Shown here one piece after another: positions 1 to 9,499 of a stretch of DNA of 14,241 nucleotides. Source of the stretch: Paraspadella gotoi (lineage: Eukaryota > Animalia > Chaetognatha); NCBI GenBank assembly GCA_051294375.1, contig JBJCIZ010001455.1, positions 1-14,241 on the forward strand. The letters are read 5' to 3'. The notes beneath the pieces are model-generated. The model saw nothing but the letters and a program-made list of their open reading frames with translations. It did not search any database and was not told the origin of the DNA. Position 1 is the stretch's first letter. Each line of letters opens with the position of its first letter. The position numbers and the translations under genes were made by a program.

Positions 1-1001
1 AAAGAAGAGAGAGATTAAATAATGATGGACATCTGGTTATTAGATATGCAGTGGATTTTGCCGGACATTAAACCTAAAACCAGGTATTTACGACAGCCAT
101 TTTTCTCAGGCGGTGGAATGGGTTTTGTTTGAATGACATTGAGGAGGCAGGCATGTCCGGAAGGTTTTGGGAGACTTGCCAAGGCCGATGAGTCTCATGC
201 CGGCATTAATTGAAAGATGAAGTTTTCTAAAAATCATGGTTAAATTGGTGATTGAGGGCTCTTATTTGAATCATTTGAGTAGGAGATCTGTCTATATGAA
301 ATAGGTCAAGATTTCTGTGATCTTGAGTTACTGCTCCTTGTGGGAGAGCCAGACAAAGAATATGCTACCCCAGTTCAGTACGTTTTCACCTCTTGATATG
401 ACGCTAGAATTTTCTGTTTTGACAGGAAAAAGAGCAAATAATTTTTAACATGCCTATAGGCAATTTGGTCTTATCAACTTGAATTGTTATAGCCCGTGGA
501 TGGCCATATGTTATCAAAATGCTGTTTGCAATAGTGGAGGTGTACACATGAATTGTTTCCGCCCTTGCTTTAAAGCGCCGGCGTGTGCCGTCCTCGACCA
601 GGGACGTATGATATTTTTCAGGCTGCAGTATCGTGCTTTTTTAAATCTCGTGATTTGTAACATGCGGCGTTTGTTCCTGTTTTTCCAGCATGCATATTGA
701 AGCCTGGTAATAGTCAACGCTGTCAAATAATTTCCAAGAAGTCAGAAAGGAAGATTATTAGGTCTATAATGTTCGAAGGTTGGTAGGATCCTTTCCTGGA
801 CTTAGGAATCACTGCTGATGTGGCAATTTTGCCATGAGTCTGGAGGGGAAGGGGTAGCCGACGTGGTGGAGAGCGATTGATTTCGAAAATGAAGTAGTGT
901 CTTTATGTGGTAGGTGTGGCGGAAAAGTTTTGTGAAGCGATGTGGGATGTGTGATTCATCTTGACCTGGGGCATGACCTAGTTTTAAAATCGATTTGATA
1001 G
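1..1001 (-). mobile_element. Non-LTR retrotransposon (LINE) reverse transcriptase region, frameshifted; runs off the left edge of the window
   Basis: Minus-strand motifs in canonical LINE RT order, read across indels: LKLGHAPGQD (APGQD at 958-972; cf. K-APGPDG), IPK/PGKDPT (782-809), YRP (760-768), DLKK(A)-D (~630-647), S-Y-x-D-D-L-L-like (~281-298), KYL(G) (~78-89). Confidence 0.8.
998..1001. repeat. Left target-site duplication (ATAG)
   Basis: ATAG immediately precedes the left LTR and recurs right after the right LTR (12583-12586). It could formally be 5-6 bp (GATAG/TGATAG) if the terminal TG is not counted as LTR. Confidence 0.7.
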
Positions 1002-1348
1002 CAATAACTGTGAAGACAGAGAGGGTGGTCGAAAAATAACTAAGAGTATTTATTTACAACAAACTAAAGAAGGATTAGAACGAGACAATTGAACACTATG
1101 GACGATGGAGAACAGAATTGGAATCTTCGTACGATCTTCTCTCTCAAACTCAAAGTCTACGATCGCCTTCTCGATTGGCTCCCCAACTCTCCTTCAGTCT
1201 TATTTCGTTGGGTGAGCCCATGGGCTTGATTCTCTCGATTTCCTCCCTCCATCTTCCTGCGCTCTCTCGCTGCCGTCTCTCCTGCTGCTTCCTCCAGTTC
1301 GCCTTCGCTCTCCCGCTAGATCGCTTGCAGTCCTTCGTAACGTTGATG
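1002..1348 (-). repeat. 3' LTR (347 bp)
   Basis: Aligns end to end with 12242-12582 (caataac..gtgaagaca..tttatttac..gatggagaacag..caaagtc..ccccaac..ccttcagt..gttgatg); differences are mostly small indels. Confidence 0.9.
1049..1054 (-). promoter_or_regulatory. Polyadenylation signal AATAAA in the 3' LTR
   Basis: tttatt on the + strand, ~45 nt from the LTR 3' end, conserved in the other LTR at 12282-12287. Confidence 0.55.
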
Positions 1349-1363
1349 CCACGGCCCGCTTCC
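1349..1363 (-). promoter_or_regulatory. Putative polypurine tract (imperfect)
   Basis: GGAAGCGGGCCGTGG (11/15 purines) on the minus strand, directly abutting the 3' LTR. Confidence 0.4.
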
Positions 1364-1417
1364 AGTAGGCGAAGGAGGTGAGTCTTTATTTCAACCGAGA
1401 GCCTACACTTTCGTGCG

Positions 1418-1665
1418 CTACTGCGGCGGATGTTTGCCTGCGATGCGATGTCTGTAATCCGCGAAGTCTGGCTTCGGCTTGTTGCCGTTCAACCAGCGAT
1501 TTGACTGCGCAAGGGCAGCAGCAGCAACACAATAAATACATGCGATGAAGTTCACTTGACCGACGGAGGATGATTCGCGATGGTAGGTGCGTACGTGTTT
1601 GCGAAGGTTATCCACCAGGAACTACCAGCTCCTTTTGCCAAACAATCTTTTGGAAAAAAGTATGC
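1418..1665 (-). CDS. C-terminus of an accessory ORF with C2H2-type zinc finger(s), frameshifted
   Basis: ORF 1418-1615 has DNLRKHVRTYH (L-x2-H-x4-H finger end), preceded in another frame by YFFPKDC. It then has IACIYC...ADYRHRIAGKH as a second finger-like unit. The stop is 70 nt before the 3' LTR. Confidence 0.5.
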
Positions 1666-2994
1666 CGGGGAATCCCGTCGGTAATGTTCTCCCATCTGTT
1701 GAGTGATATTTCGTGTCCTTTCTGGTGATGTATTTGGAGTGTACGATCGATAAAGTAGCCGACATTCTTCGTAGATGCTTGTCCTTCTTTCGAAACACGT
1801 GTTCTTGTTTTGTTTGGGTAGAGTCTTTGCGGAGAATCTATTGTACTTCTTTGAAATCTGTCCTTGTTTCCGCAGAAAAGTTCCATCCGGATCTGCGTAC
1901 AACGCGGGCGGCGGGATAGTCGAGGCGTCTCAGTGATTGATTTCTATGAGGTGATTGAAGATTGGAGTGTTTGAATACCTCTCGTCCTCCTGAAGTTTGC
2001 TCACTGGTAAGTCCTGGTAAGCATTTCTGTGTTTGTCCTTCGGCAGGGCTATGAGTTCTTTTGCACCTTTCTGCCGGTGAGTTAGCAGTTCACCGAGTTA
2101 GGATGTTGCGTTTTTCCAAGGGTCGATAAAGGTTATCGCGGACCGGGGAGTTATGCGCTTTTTCCGGGCGGTCAATGCGCGCGCTTCGGCCGCCATCGGG
2201 AAATCGCAAAGTTCACTGCTCTCATGCACCAGTGAGTCGGTCGTGATTCCGCTCTGGTTTCTTGACGCCAACTGCCGAGGCGTTTTCGATGAGTGGCGCG
2301 AGTGCGTTCTGTCACTCTCCTCGGCTGTCGGCGATCACTGCGCTCACCGAAGAAGTGTGGCCGATGATGTTGGTCTCGCTTCGACTGCCGCAGTTCCTCT
2401 CCAGTTGTTGTGAGGGCGCTGAGTCTCCCCGCAAGGTCCTCCTTTAGCCTTGTGGGCTGCAGACTGATGTTACACTTTTCTGTTTATCGATTTTTCCAGT
2501 TTGACTCTGAGTCGCCGTTGTTTGAAGGCCGATAATGAAGAGTTGGTCTGACGCATTCTCGGTTCTTCCCCCGAAGATGCTTGGATTTCTCGGCATTGGC
2601 TTCCCTCTGGGCATGACTCTTCAGGGCTCTCATTTCGATCGTTGCGTCGTTCTGTTGATTCGGGATGATTCCATCCACGTCTTTTTGAATGGCTCCGCCC
2701 CGGAAGGCGAGCTCACGCGGCGGCACTTCTTCGTCCTCCCAGGCGATACGCCTACCTTTCTTTTGGGTAGTTCTTATCTTTCTTTCTCTGTTTTTTGCGC
2801 AGATTTTGCTATTTTGTTCCGGGACTTCGATCGTCGTTGTTTTCCCTGCCTTTAATTTTTTTGTGTTAGAGGGTTAAGTTCGACACCGATCTTCGCATGT
2901 TACGCTCTTCGCTAGGTCGTGGCCATGAAAATTAGCGTTCTATACCGGCCATTGTTCCGGCTTGCGTCGTTTTGTGCCTAATGCGGTGAGTAAT

Positions 2995-3480
2995 TGAATT
3001 TTCGCCCATGGTTTCTGCAATGGTTAGCGCGTTATATACTCCTGCCGTCATTCTGCGGATGGTGAATGCGCACAGTTTCCTAACTTAACTGACTTTGCTC
3101 TTATGTAAGTCGTAGGCAGGTTTTCCCTGGCAGTGAGAAAGTTGATCGATTTACGTCCGATGTTTTCGATGGATTGACCCGATCTTCAGCATACATCTTG
3201 TCCGTTGCACGCAGTGGTAAGTGTGTCACGAGCCGTTGACGGGGCGTGGCGAGGTCGTGTTCTCCGCATGAAAAGCAACTCGATGGTTTTCAAAGCTTTC
3301 TTTCTTCTCCTTTTTGCTTTCGCCCTTGTTTCATCTAACGCGATTCCGGGTGTTCCCGTTGTCTCGTTGCAGGTTGAAGACTGTGACTTGCTTCGTTTGA
3401 AAGCGTCGTGGTGTCGCTCATTGTGCGTCATCGACGACACTCGGCCTTTTTCGCGTCGACGTCGATGGCATAGCGGTTAG
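2995..3480 (-). CDS. DEDDy 3'-5' exonuclease domain (RNase D/WRN/EXD-like), frameshifted
   Basis: Ordered motifs: RYAIDVD (YAIDVD at 3455-3472; ExoI-like, D-x-E expected), AQ*ATP..KQVTVFNL (cf. LQLAT...V.LFD), PES, VAFHAEN/DLA (ExoII-like, ~3250-3280), IGRKSI (cf. GLKSL), DLHKSK..LGNCAHSP (cf. LDKS..Q.SNW..RPL), QEY/YNAL (ExoIII-like, ~3020-3045). The ~160-codon span fits the family. Confidence 0.65.
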
Positions 3481-3499
3481 TGCGACGACACTAACGAAT

Positions 3500-3780
3500 T
3501 TAAGAGGCTTTTCGCATTTCTCTTTTTGCGATTTTTCTTTTTCGGATTTGAAACGTGAAAAAAAGATTTCCTTTTTGAGCTGGTTTTTCTTTCTTCTCGA
3601 AAAGGCCTTTTTTGTTTTGTTTTTTTTGTTTTGTTTCGGGTCTGCTCTGGGCCCGGTCTTTTCGTTGCTCTTGCCTCTTCTCTCTTCTTCTCGTTTCTTT
3701 TCTTTCTGTTCTTTCTCTTCGACGCATCTTTCAGCCTTTCTCTCTCTAGGTAACTTTGGCCTCATTCAATCTGTCTCTAA
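3500..3780. other. T/C-rich low-complexity tract (A/G-rich on the element sense strand)
   Basis: Long T runs; the Lys/Arg/Glu-rich minus ORFs and Phe/Ser/Leu-rich plus ORF here reflect composition. Confidence 0.6.
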
Positions 3781-4099
3781 TTTTCCTCCTCCATGTCCTT
3801 TTTCATCTCCGTCTCTTCGTCTAGGTTACGGGATCTCGTTCGGAGGGAAAGGGTGATGTTTATGGTTTGATGGTTGAATTTATTTTCTCCCTCTCTTTAC
3901 CTTGGCGATGAGCTTTTGCCCCTCCTGTCCTAATTGGTCGAGTTTTTATCAATGCTTTACAGTTCAGGACTGCTTTTACAGATACTTTAACATGTCTATT
4001 TCTAATTTCCTATGTCTATTTCTACTTATTTAAACCAGGTTCCTTTTTCTTTTTTTCTTCTTTTTCTTTTCTCTTCTTGCCCTTAGTGTTTCTAAATTT

Positions 4100-5200
4100 A
4101 GTTTGCGAGTCGCCTGTTTGCCGCCTTGGAGCTTTCGTCTGTTGATAGTACGAGATTTTGGCGAAAAACTGTGAACCGGTGAAGTGATTTCCGTTCTTGC
4201 TGAACGAATTTCGTGCGGGCCGGTGTTAATATCGTTCGCTTTGTTTCCCGTTGGGTGCGGCGCCCTGGTCCGCACTAGATCTCTTCGTACGTACATCTAA
4301 ATCACTGCGACCTTCTTAGTCTCTTGCGGTCACGGCATGTCGGTGTTCCCCTCCTCGTTGCTCGTGATAACGTCCGAACGTTGGTTCAGGTCTATCTTCT
4401 GTCGAGCGGCCGTGTCGGTTTTCTTGCTCTTTTCTTTGCAAAGTGCGGTTAGGGAGGGCGTATCGTTCCTTTCGTCGGTGCCTTCGACTAGTTCTCTGCT
4501 AGTTTCCGAACTGTAGTATTGGAAGGCTCAAGTGTCAGTTCCATCCTGTGATGGGCGTGGGCGTTTAAGTGCCAGCAATTAGATGAGCTAGCCTCTTTGG
4601 ATTATCTTTAATGCTTTTCTTAGGCTTTGGCGGAATTTGCCTTCAATTATCTCTTTCCTGCGTCGAGTTCCTGTTTTTTCTTGATAACGAGGTACTGCGT
4701 GCCACTGTACAATCGAGGAGGTCCAAGGATACGCGCATTCTCTTCGCCGTTTAGCGGGTGGGCGGCCGTCGAAATTTATTTCCAAAGTAACTTTCCATGG
4801 GAGAGAGCAAAATACTTTTTGTCGAGGGCGGCGATGATGTGTTCCAGCGTTCGCTCTCTTTGATTGTGCATCGCCCATTGTAGCTGCGGAGGCGTTATCG
4901 TCGCCGCTAGAGGAACTGTGAATCCGCTGTCGCTTCGGGGTAAAGTGCAGTTCACATCGCATGACATGTCGGATTTCCCATGGGATTATAGGCATTAAAG
5001 TGGGGCCCCGTGCTGAGTTTTCATTTGAAAATGCAATCTCGTCCGCGTTGCTTCTGCCTACATATATCACATTTCCAATTGACAAGCGGTGTGCGAGATC
5101 GTCGTAGAGTTTCGTGTGCCAGCGATGTAAGATGGCGTCGAGGTAGGCGGTTCGATCGCGTCCTGGATGGCTCTTCAGTTTTTTTGTGGGATGTCCTTTG
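4100..5200 (-). CDS. pol: pol: integrase (HHCC zinc finger, catalytic core, GPY/F module), frameshifted
   Basis: HPGRDRT (5149-5169), CDICRQK (5051-5071), PIIPWE, MSCDVNCTLPRSDSGF (first catalytic D; ORF 4776-4967), EINFDGRP (second D), and YVRR...NTGPHEI...INRRKL (GPY/F-like; ORF 4030-4296). Confidence 0.85.
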
Positions 5201-6189
5201 TCTTTTCAGCTACTGCTGGTCCTTCAGGTCGCTACCGGGGACAAGACCGGTGTCCATTGTTTCGATTTAATTCCGCGGAGAAATCCTGGTGAGAGATAGC
5301 ATTCCATCCTGCTGTGCAGACGCGCAAGTCGTCGGCGGTTTCTCGCGACGGGAAAAGTTTGCTAATCTGGATTTAAACGCTTTTTGGCTTGGGCTGACCG
5401 AAAGTGTGCCTTAAGGCTTTCTTGCGTCGTGTATGGCCGGAGGATGTGCGCCGCAGCCTTATATCCTCGTCTTCAATCTTTGCTATTTCTCGACGTCTTC
5501 TCTAGCGGGAGTCGGCGGTGGTTGCTCGTGGTGGCTGGTGGATATTTCGCTCGTTTAAGCTCTCGTTCGGCTGACATCGTCGAGGCTTCGGATTGCGAGT
5601 CCCGGATTTATTTCTCTTCTGCTCTGGTGATGCCTGGTCGTATTTTCAGCTCGGGTAAGGTTTCGCCGGTGTACTAGGCGGCGTTAGTGTGCGTGTTTGT
5701 TCAAGGAGGTAACGTCACCTTTTTTTATGTGTCGGCAGGGGAGCTCTCGATAAATGAATTGGCTTATTTTGTGTCGGGGGTCGACCACTTTTTTTTGTTT
5801 TTGTCGGGTCGGGTCTGGCCCCCTCTCCTCTCCAAGGTTCTCTTTCGTGTTGGAAGGTGAAATGAGGTCCGCTGGGGATATGCGTCGGCCTCTGGGTGAG
5901 GCTGCGTTTGTTGTCGTCGTCGTCTGGTTCGAATCGGGGAGCTTGGTGCTCCAATCCTCCTCTTGTTGTGGCGGGACGTCCGATGGATACTCTCGGCACT
6001 CTGGCCGGCCTCAGCGCCTTTCTCGTGGTGGCGAGGGAGTGTGTGCGGCGCTGGCGGAGCGGCGGCCCCGCGTGTCCCGGCGGTGACTGTGGCGGCATCC
6101 TTGGGCGTTCCGCTTGCTTTTGTTTGCTCCTGCCTTGGCACGCTCTATCGTTAAGCGGTGTCTGGCGGAAGTGACGCTCTGGGCTGCTG

Positions 6190-6420
6190 TCTTAAGTGCC
6201 CTCTGCGTGTCCTGCTTGCTCTCTGTTCTCGCCTCCTTCTTGTCCCTGCTCCAAAAAATAATTGTCCCCGGGAGGTTGATATTGTGACCTCGATTGTCCC
6301 TCGTCTCGGCCTGCGATCGCTGGTCCTCAGCTTGCTCGGGTTCTCTGTATCGCTGATTTTCGATGACTTGCCTTGTTGTTGAAAAATCTTTATCACTCTG
6401 CCCTCCTTTGTTCATATACT
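6190..6420 (-). CDS. Putative double-stranded RNA-binding motif (dsRBM) within the pol region
   Basis: Mosaic of ORFs 6011-6559 and 6151-6396: YMNKG/VIKIFQQQGK...RY...GTIEVTI...LFFGAG/RDKKEA/EQRA...RALK. This matches the dsRBM consensus K.xL.E.xQ...Y...FxVxV...GxGxSKKxAEQxAA..AL over ~75 codons. Confidence 0.55.
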
Positions 6421-6934
6421 CTTTCCACTTTGCAAGCTCCGCGGGGTGCGAATTCTTCCTCGAGCATGCTATATGCAGATGCGCCGCATTCGCGAGGATG
6501 TTCCACTCTGGATGGCTAAGCCGAGTCTTTTCGTCAGAGATTGTTGCTGATAAAGGCATTCGGTGTCTTTTGTTTTGGTGAGCCCATGAAGTTTCTATGT
6601 TTGTTCTTCCCTCCTGAACTTTCTCTCACTAAATTTTATATATATATTAATTTGTTCTGAACGGTTGTTCATCGCCTTTTAGGGCTTTTTCGGCTTATTT
6701 ATGCTAAGGGCGGCGCTCCTACCGTGTTCTCAAGTTCCAGTGTCCCTGGGCCAAGTTCCCCGGTTATGGAGGTTTCGGGTACTCCGCTTCGTATTTCGCG
6801 CATCGACATCGACTCCCTCGCGGGGAGGTATAAGGCGTGTCAATGGGTGTTTATTGTTCTCTTTGTTCGGTTAATAACGTCGTTAGGAAGTCGGACGGGG
6901 TGTGGTGGTCTGGCACGGTCGTTAGCGGAGAGAG

Positions 6935-7310
6935 CGAGGAGCGCGTGGACTGGGTGGCAACTGTGCCGGGGTGCTTTTTGATATCTCGGTATCCACCTAT
7001 CTATATTTCTCGGTAAGTAGTTTGTTTGTCGTGTTGCATTTCCATGACTCTGTTTAATTTTAGATTTTGTGAGTTTTTCTGTTTATAGTCGGCCACCCTT
7101 CGTTCGCAGATGGTAGGCCCGGCTTTGAATTTTCTAACCATCATTGTTAAAGTTGGGCCAAGCGTTCCCTAGAGATTAATTGTTTATTCTGTAATCCTCC
7201 GGGAATTTGACTTTGAGTGAAACACATGGGTATTTCTACCCCTTCTGCTGTGGCTGTGATGAGCCCTCCCATGCTGTCTTCGTGCTGGCGTCGGTCGTAT
7301 ATTCTTGTAT
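6935..7310 (-). CDS. pol: pol: RNase H, frameshifted
   Basis: TDAS at 7284-7295 followed by SMGG, RE(R)LA (~7155-7172), and a degraded KHPG...ALSR-like end (~6935-6978). Confidence 0.8.
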
Positions 7311-7479
7311 TCGCTCATTTCTTTATTTTTGCATCGTTAGAAACAATTTATACGCCTGGGTTGATTTTATTCTCTTCTACCAGCCGGTTTTCGAGGGCCT
7401 TCTTGTGCGTCTCGTCAGAAAAAAACCCCCGGAATGGGGGGGCCCCCTTTGTCGACCTAGCGTCGGGCAATGCAACGGC

Positions 7480-8300
7480 TCGCGCCAAGTAGGAGAACTC
7501 GGTTGAGTGAAGCAGTGTAGTAATTTTAAGAGAAGCAAGCAGGGGCTCTAAAGGTCTTTTGCGTTGTTCATTTTTCGTCTTTGCAATTTCACTTCCAACT
7601 GTCTATTTTTTGCGCTGTGCCGCAGCTTGTCTCTCGAAATGGCTGGATATTCTCGTAGTATTATGTTTGATGTCGTCCTTATCGGAGAGGACACTTTTCG
7701 TCCACTTGAGGACTATGATACGTCTTCTCGTCGCATAATTTCGAGGAATTCCCTGAATGTCGTTGGCCATCTCTTCCGGTGATTTGTTGCGGTGAGGAGA
7801 TTTGTTATGGTTCTCGGTATCTTTGTATGTTATGAAGGAAACCTTTCACGTCCTACCCAGGTCGCGAATATCTCGTCAAGGATGGCCTGGAGTACAATTT
7901 AGCTGTTTACTCCTCCATTGGTAACTTTTATTTCATTCTGCCAATTTGTGGCCAGCACCTGCGAAAGCGGTGACTGGCTTTGCATCTGTCGGTGAGTATT
8001 AACTGGTGGGAGAACCATGGCGAGAGATGCTCGACTGAGCATTGAGTTCTCGTGAGTGTTTTATTATTCCTTTTCTCAGTATCTGACGCTATTGTCTGGA
8101 TAGGTTTCTTTCTATATATCTCTGATATGTTATTGTTCTACTTTTTTTTTGTGTATATATTCACAATATGGTAGGCGCCATGTTTCGCGTAATGTTCTGT
8201 TCTATTTCTTTTTTCTATTTCTTCTTGATGTCCTATCCGTTGTGATTTGGCTTCTATGCGGATTTGAACGCGTTTGAGTACGCTCCCCTGTAGGTTTTCT
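7480..8300 (-). CDS. pol: pol: reverse transcriptase, frameshifted
   Basis: WRL (8172-8180), LAM..HQLILTD (~7985-8025), AKPVTAFAG (VTAFA at 7960-7974), LPM(G) (~7912-7924), QAILDEIF. The YxDD position (~7815-7830) is corrupted and not cleanly readable. Confidence 0.85.
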
Positions 8301-9199
8301 TGACACGTACGCCTTTTGGCTTTCTCGACACATTCGAGGTATCGTTTAGTTGCCGCCTTCTTTAACTGGGCCTGTGAAGTTTTACGAATCTGGGCTTTGG
8401 GGTAATGTTTTCTCTTGTTTGAATCCTATGATCTGACTTTAATATTTAGGAAGCCCTCCTGTGCTAGTCTATTTATAGTTTTCGCCACACCAATCTCTGA
8501 AATTCCCAGACGACGTCCCGATGACGATTTTGTGCCTATCCGTAGGATTATCTACTCCGTTGAACGGGCCGGAGGAATCTTCTTTGCCTCTGTCGTCGTG
8601 CTTGTTTCGGCTCGTTCTCTTGGCGCTCGGCGGCCTTCGATCTCGGTCTTTCCGACGTTCCGTGTGAAACGATCGTTTGTGTGGAGCTATTTTATTTTCT
8701 GACTTCGTAGTCGTGGGCGATTCGCCTGATAATCGAGCTTGTACTTGGTCTGGCGGTGAGCCTCGTTTGAGGCCAAAGTTTCGTCCTCTCGCTTCTTTCC
8801 TGTGATGATGCAGCCTAGCGTTCCCCCAGAACCCGGGCGGCCGGGCAATTTCGAGCGCCAATGGCGGATGCTCGTTTGCCTGTTGCTGAGTCAGGTCGTT
8901 TTTCCATCGTTCTGTATTCGATGCCCCATTTCGCCTCAGCAAGGGATTTCCCAGTAACTGTCCCCGGCCGCTGCTCAACTTCACGTTAGTGCGGCGTCCT
9001 CGTCTCTTTCGGCGTATCAACGGGAGTTGCGTCTCCTTCTGTTCGACGCAGTCGGGTGGGGCTAGGCATGCCTTGTTGCTTTGAGCGCGTAACTGTTTTG
9101 TTCTTGTACAGGTGCGTTATATGGGTTTTTTTTGCCATGTAAGCAAGCTGCATAACTCTTTTGTTTTGCGCTGGTGCCACTACGCGCACATTCTCCTCC

Positions 9200-9490
9200 G
9201 TCTGGGCCTGGATCCGGGGCGGTGCCGTATTATTATGTCCTTGTCCTGCTCGTCTGGCGTAGAATCGAAAATAAAACTGTGTCTAGAGCCCAGTTTCTGT
9301 GAACATTTAACTGCTCAGATTAGTCCTGGTCTTTTTAATGACCACTCGACGCGCAGTTTTCCGGTTGTGACTCGGACCGGTGTCCTGCCATAGATCTTTC
9401 TGTGTATGGGACCAACTCGTCTGACGAATCTTCTGGGATCGTGTGTTGATTTGAGGCGCCGGTGTCGGTAGAGTGCAACTTGCAGCCGGC
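9200..9490 (-). CDS. pol: pol: aspartic protease
   Basis: VAL-x-DTGAS with DTGAS at 9452-9466; DIII near 9230-9240 at the expected D-x-I-L-G position. Confidence 0.8.
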
Positions 9491-9499
9491 GCCGCTCAC

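Noticed and set aside
1-1001. Penelope-like element in the left flank
   Set aside because: APG.D, PGKDP..YRP and KYL(G) motifs are LINE-type; no GIY-YIG motif was seen.
1009-1010. TG at 1009 as a canonical LTR terminus
   Set aside because: LTR similarity extends 7 nt further out in both copies, no matching CA is present at the other end, and the TSD and PBS abut 1002/12242.
3992-4024. 13-bp direct repeat ATGTCTATTTCTA with 20-bp period
   Set aside because: Only two copies; likely local slippage or read artefact with no functional support.
1418-4030. Envelope gene after integrase
   Set aside because: No signal peptide or transmembrane segment is visible on the sense strand; motifs fit an exonuclease and zinc fingers instead.
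5300-5445. AIHDA...HFG as the integrase HHCC finger
   Set aside because: A much better HPGRDRT...CDIC finger lies at 5051-5190, directly before the catalytic core.
6420-6935. RNase III domain preceding the dsRBM
   Set aside because: I could not find an ERLEFLGD-like signature on the minus strand, though noise limits sensitivity.
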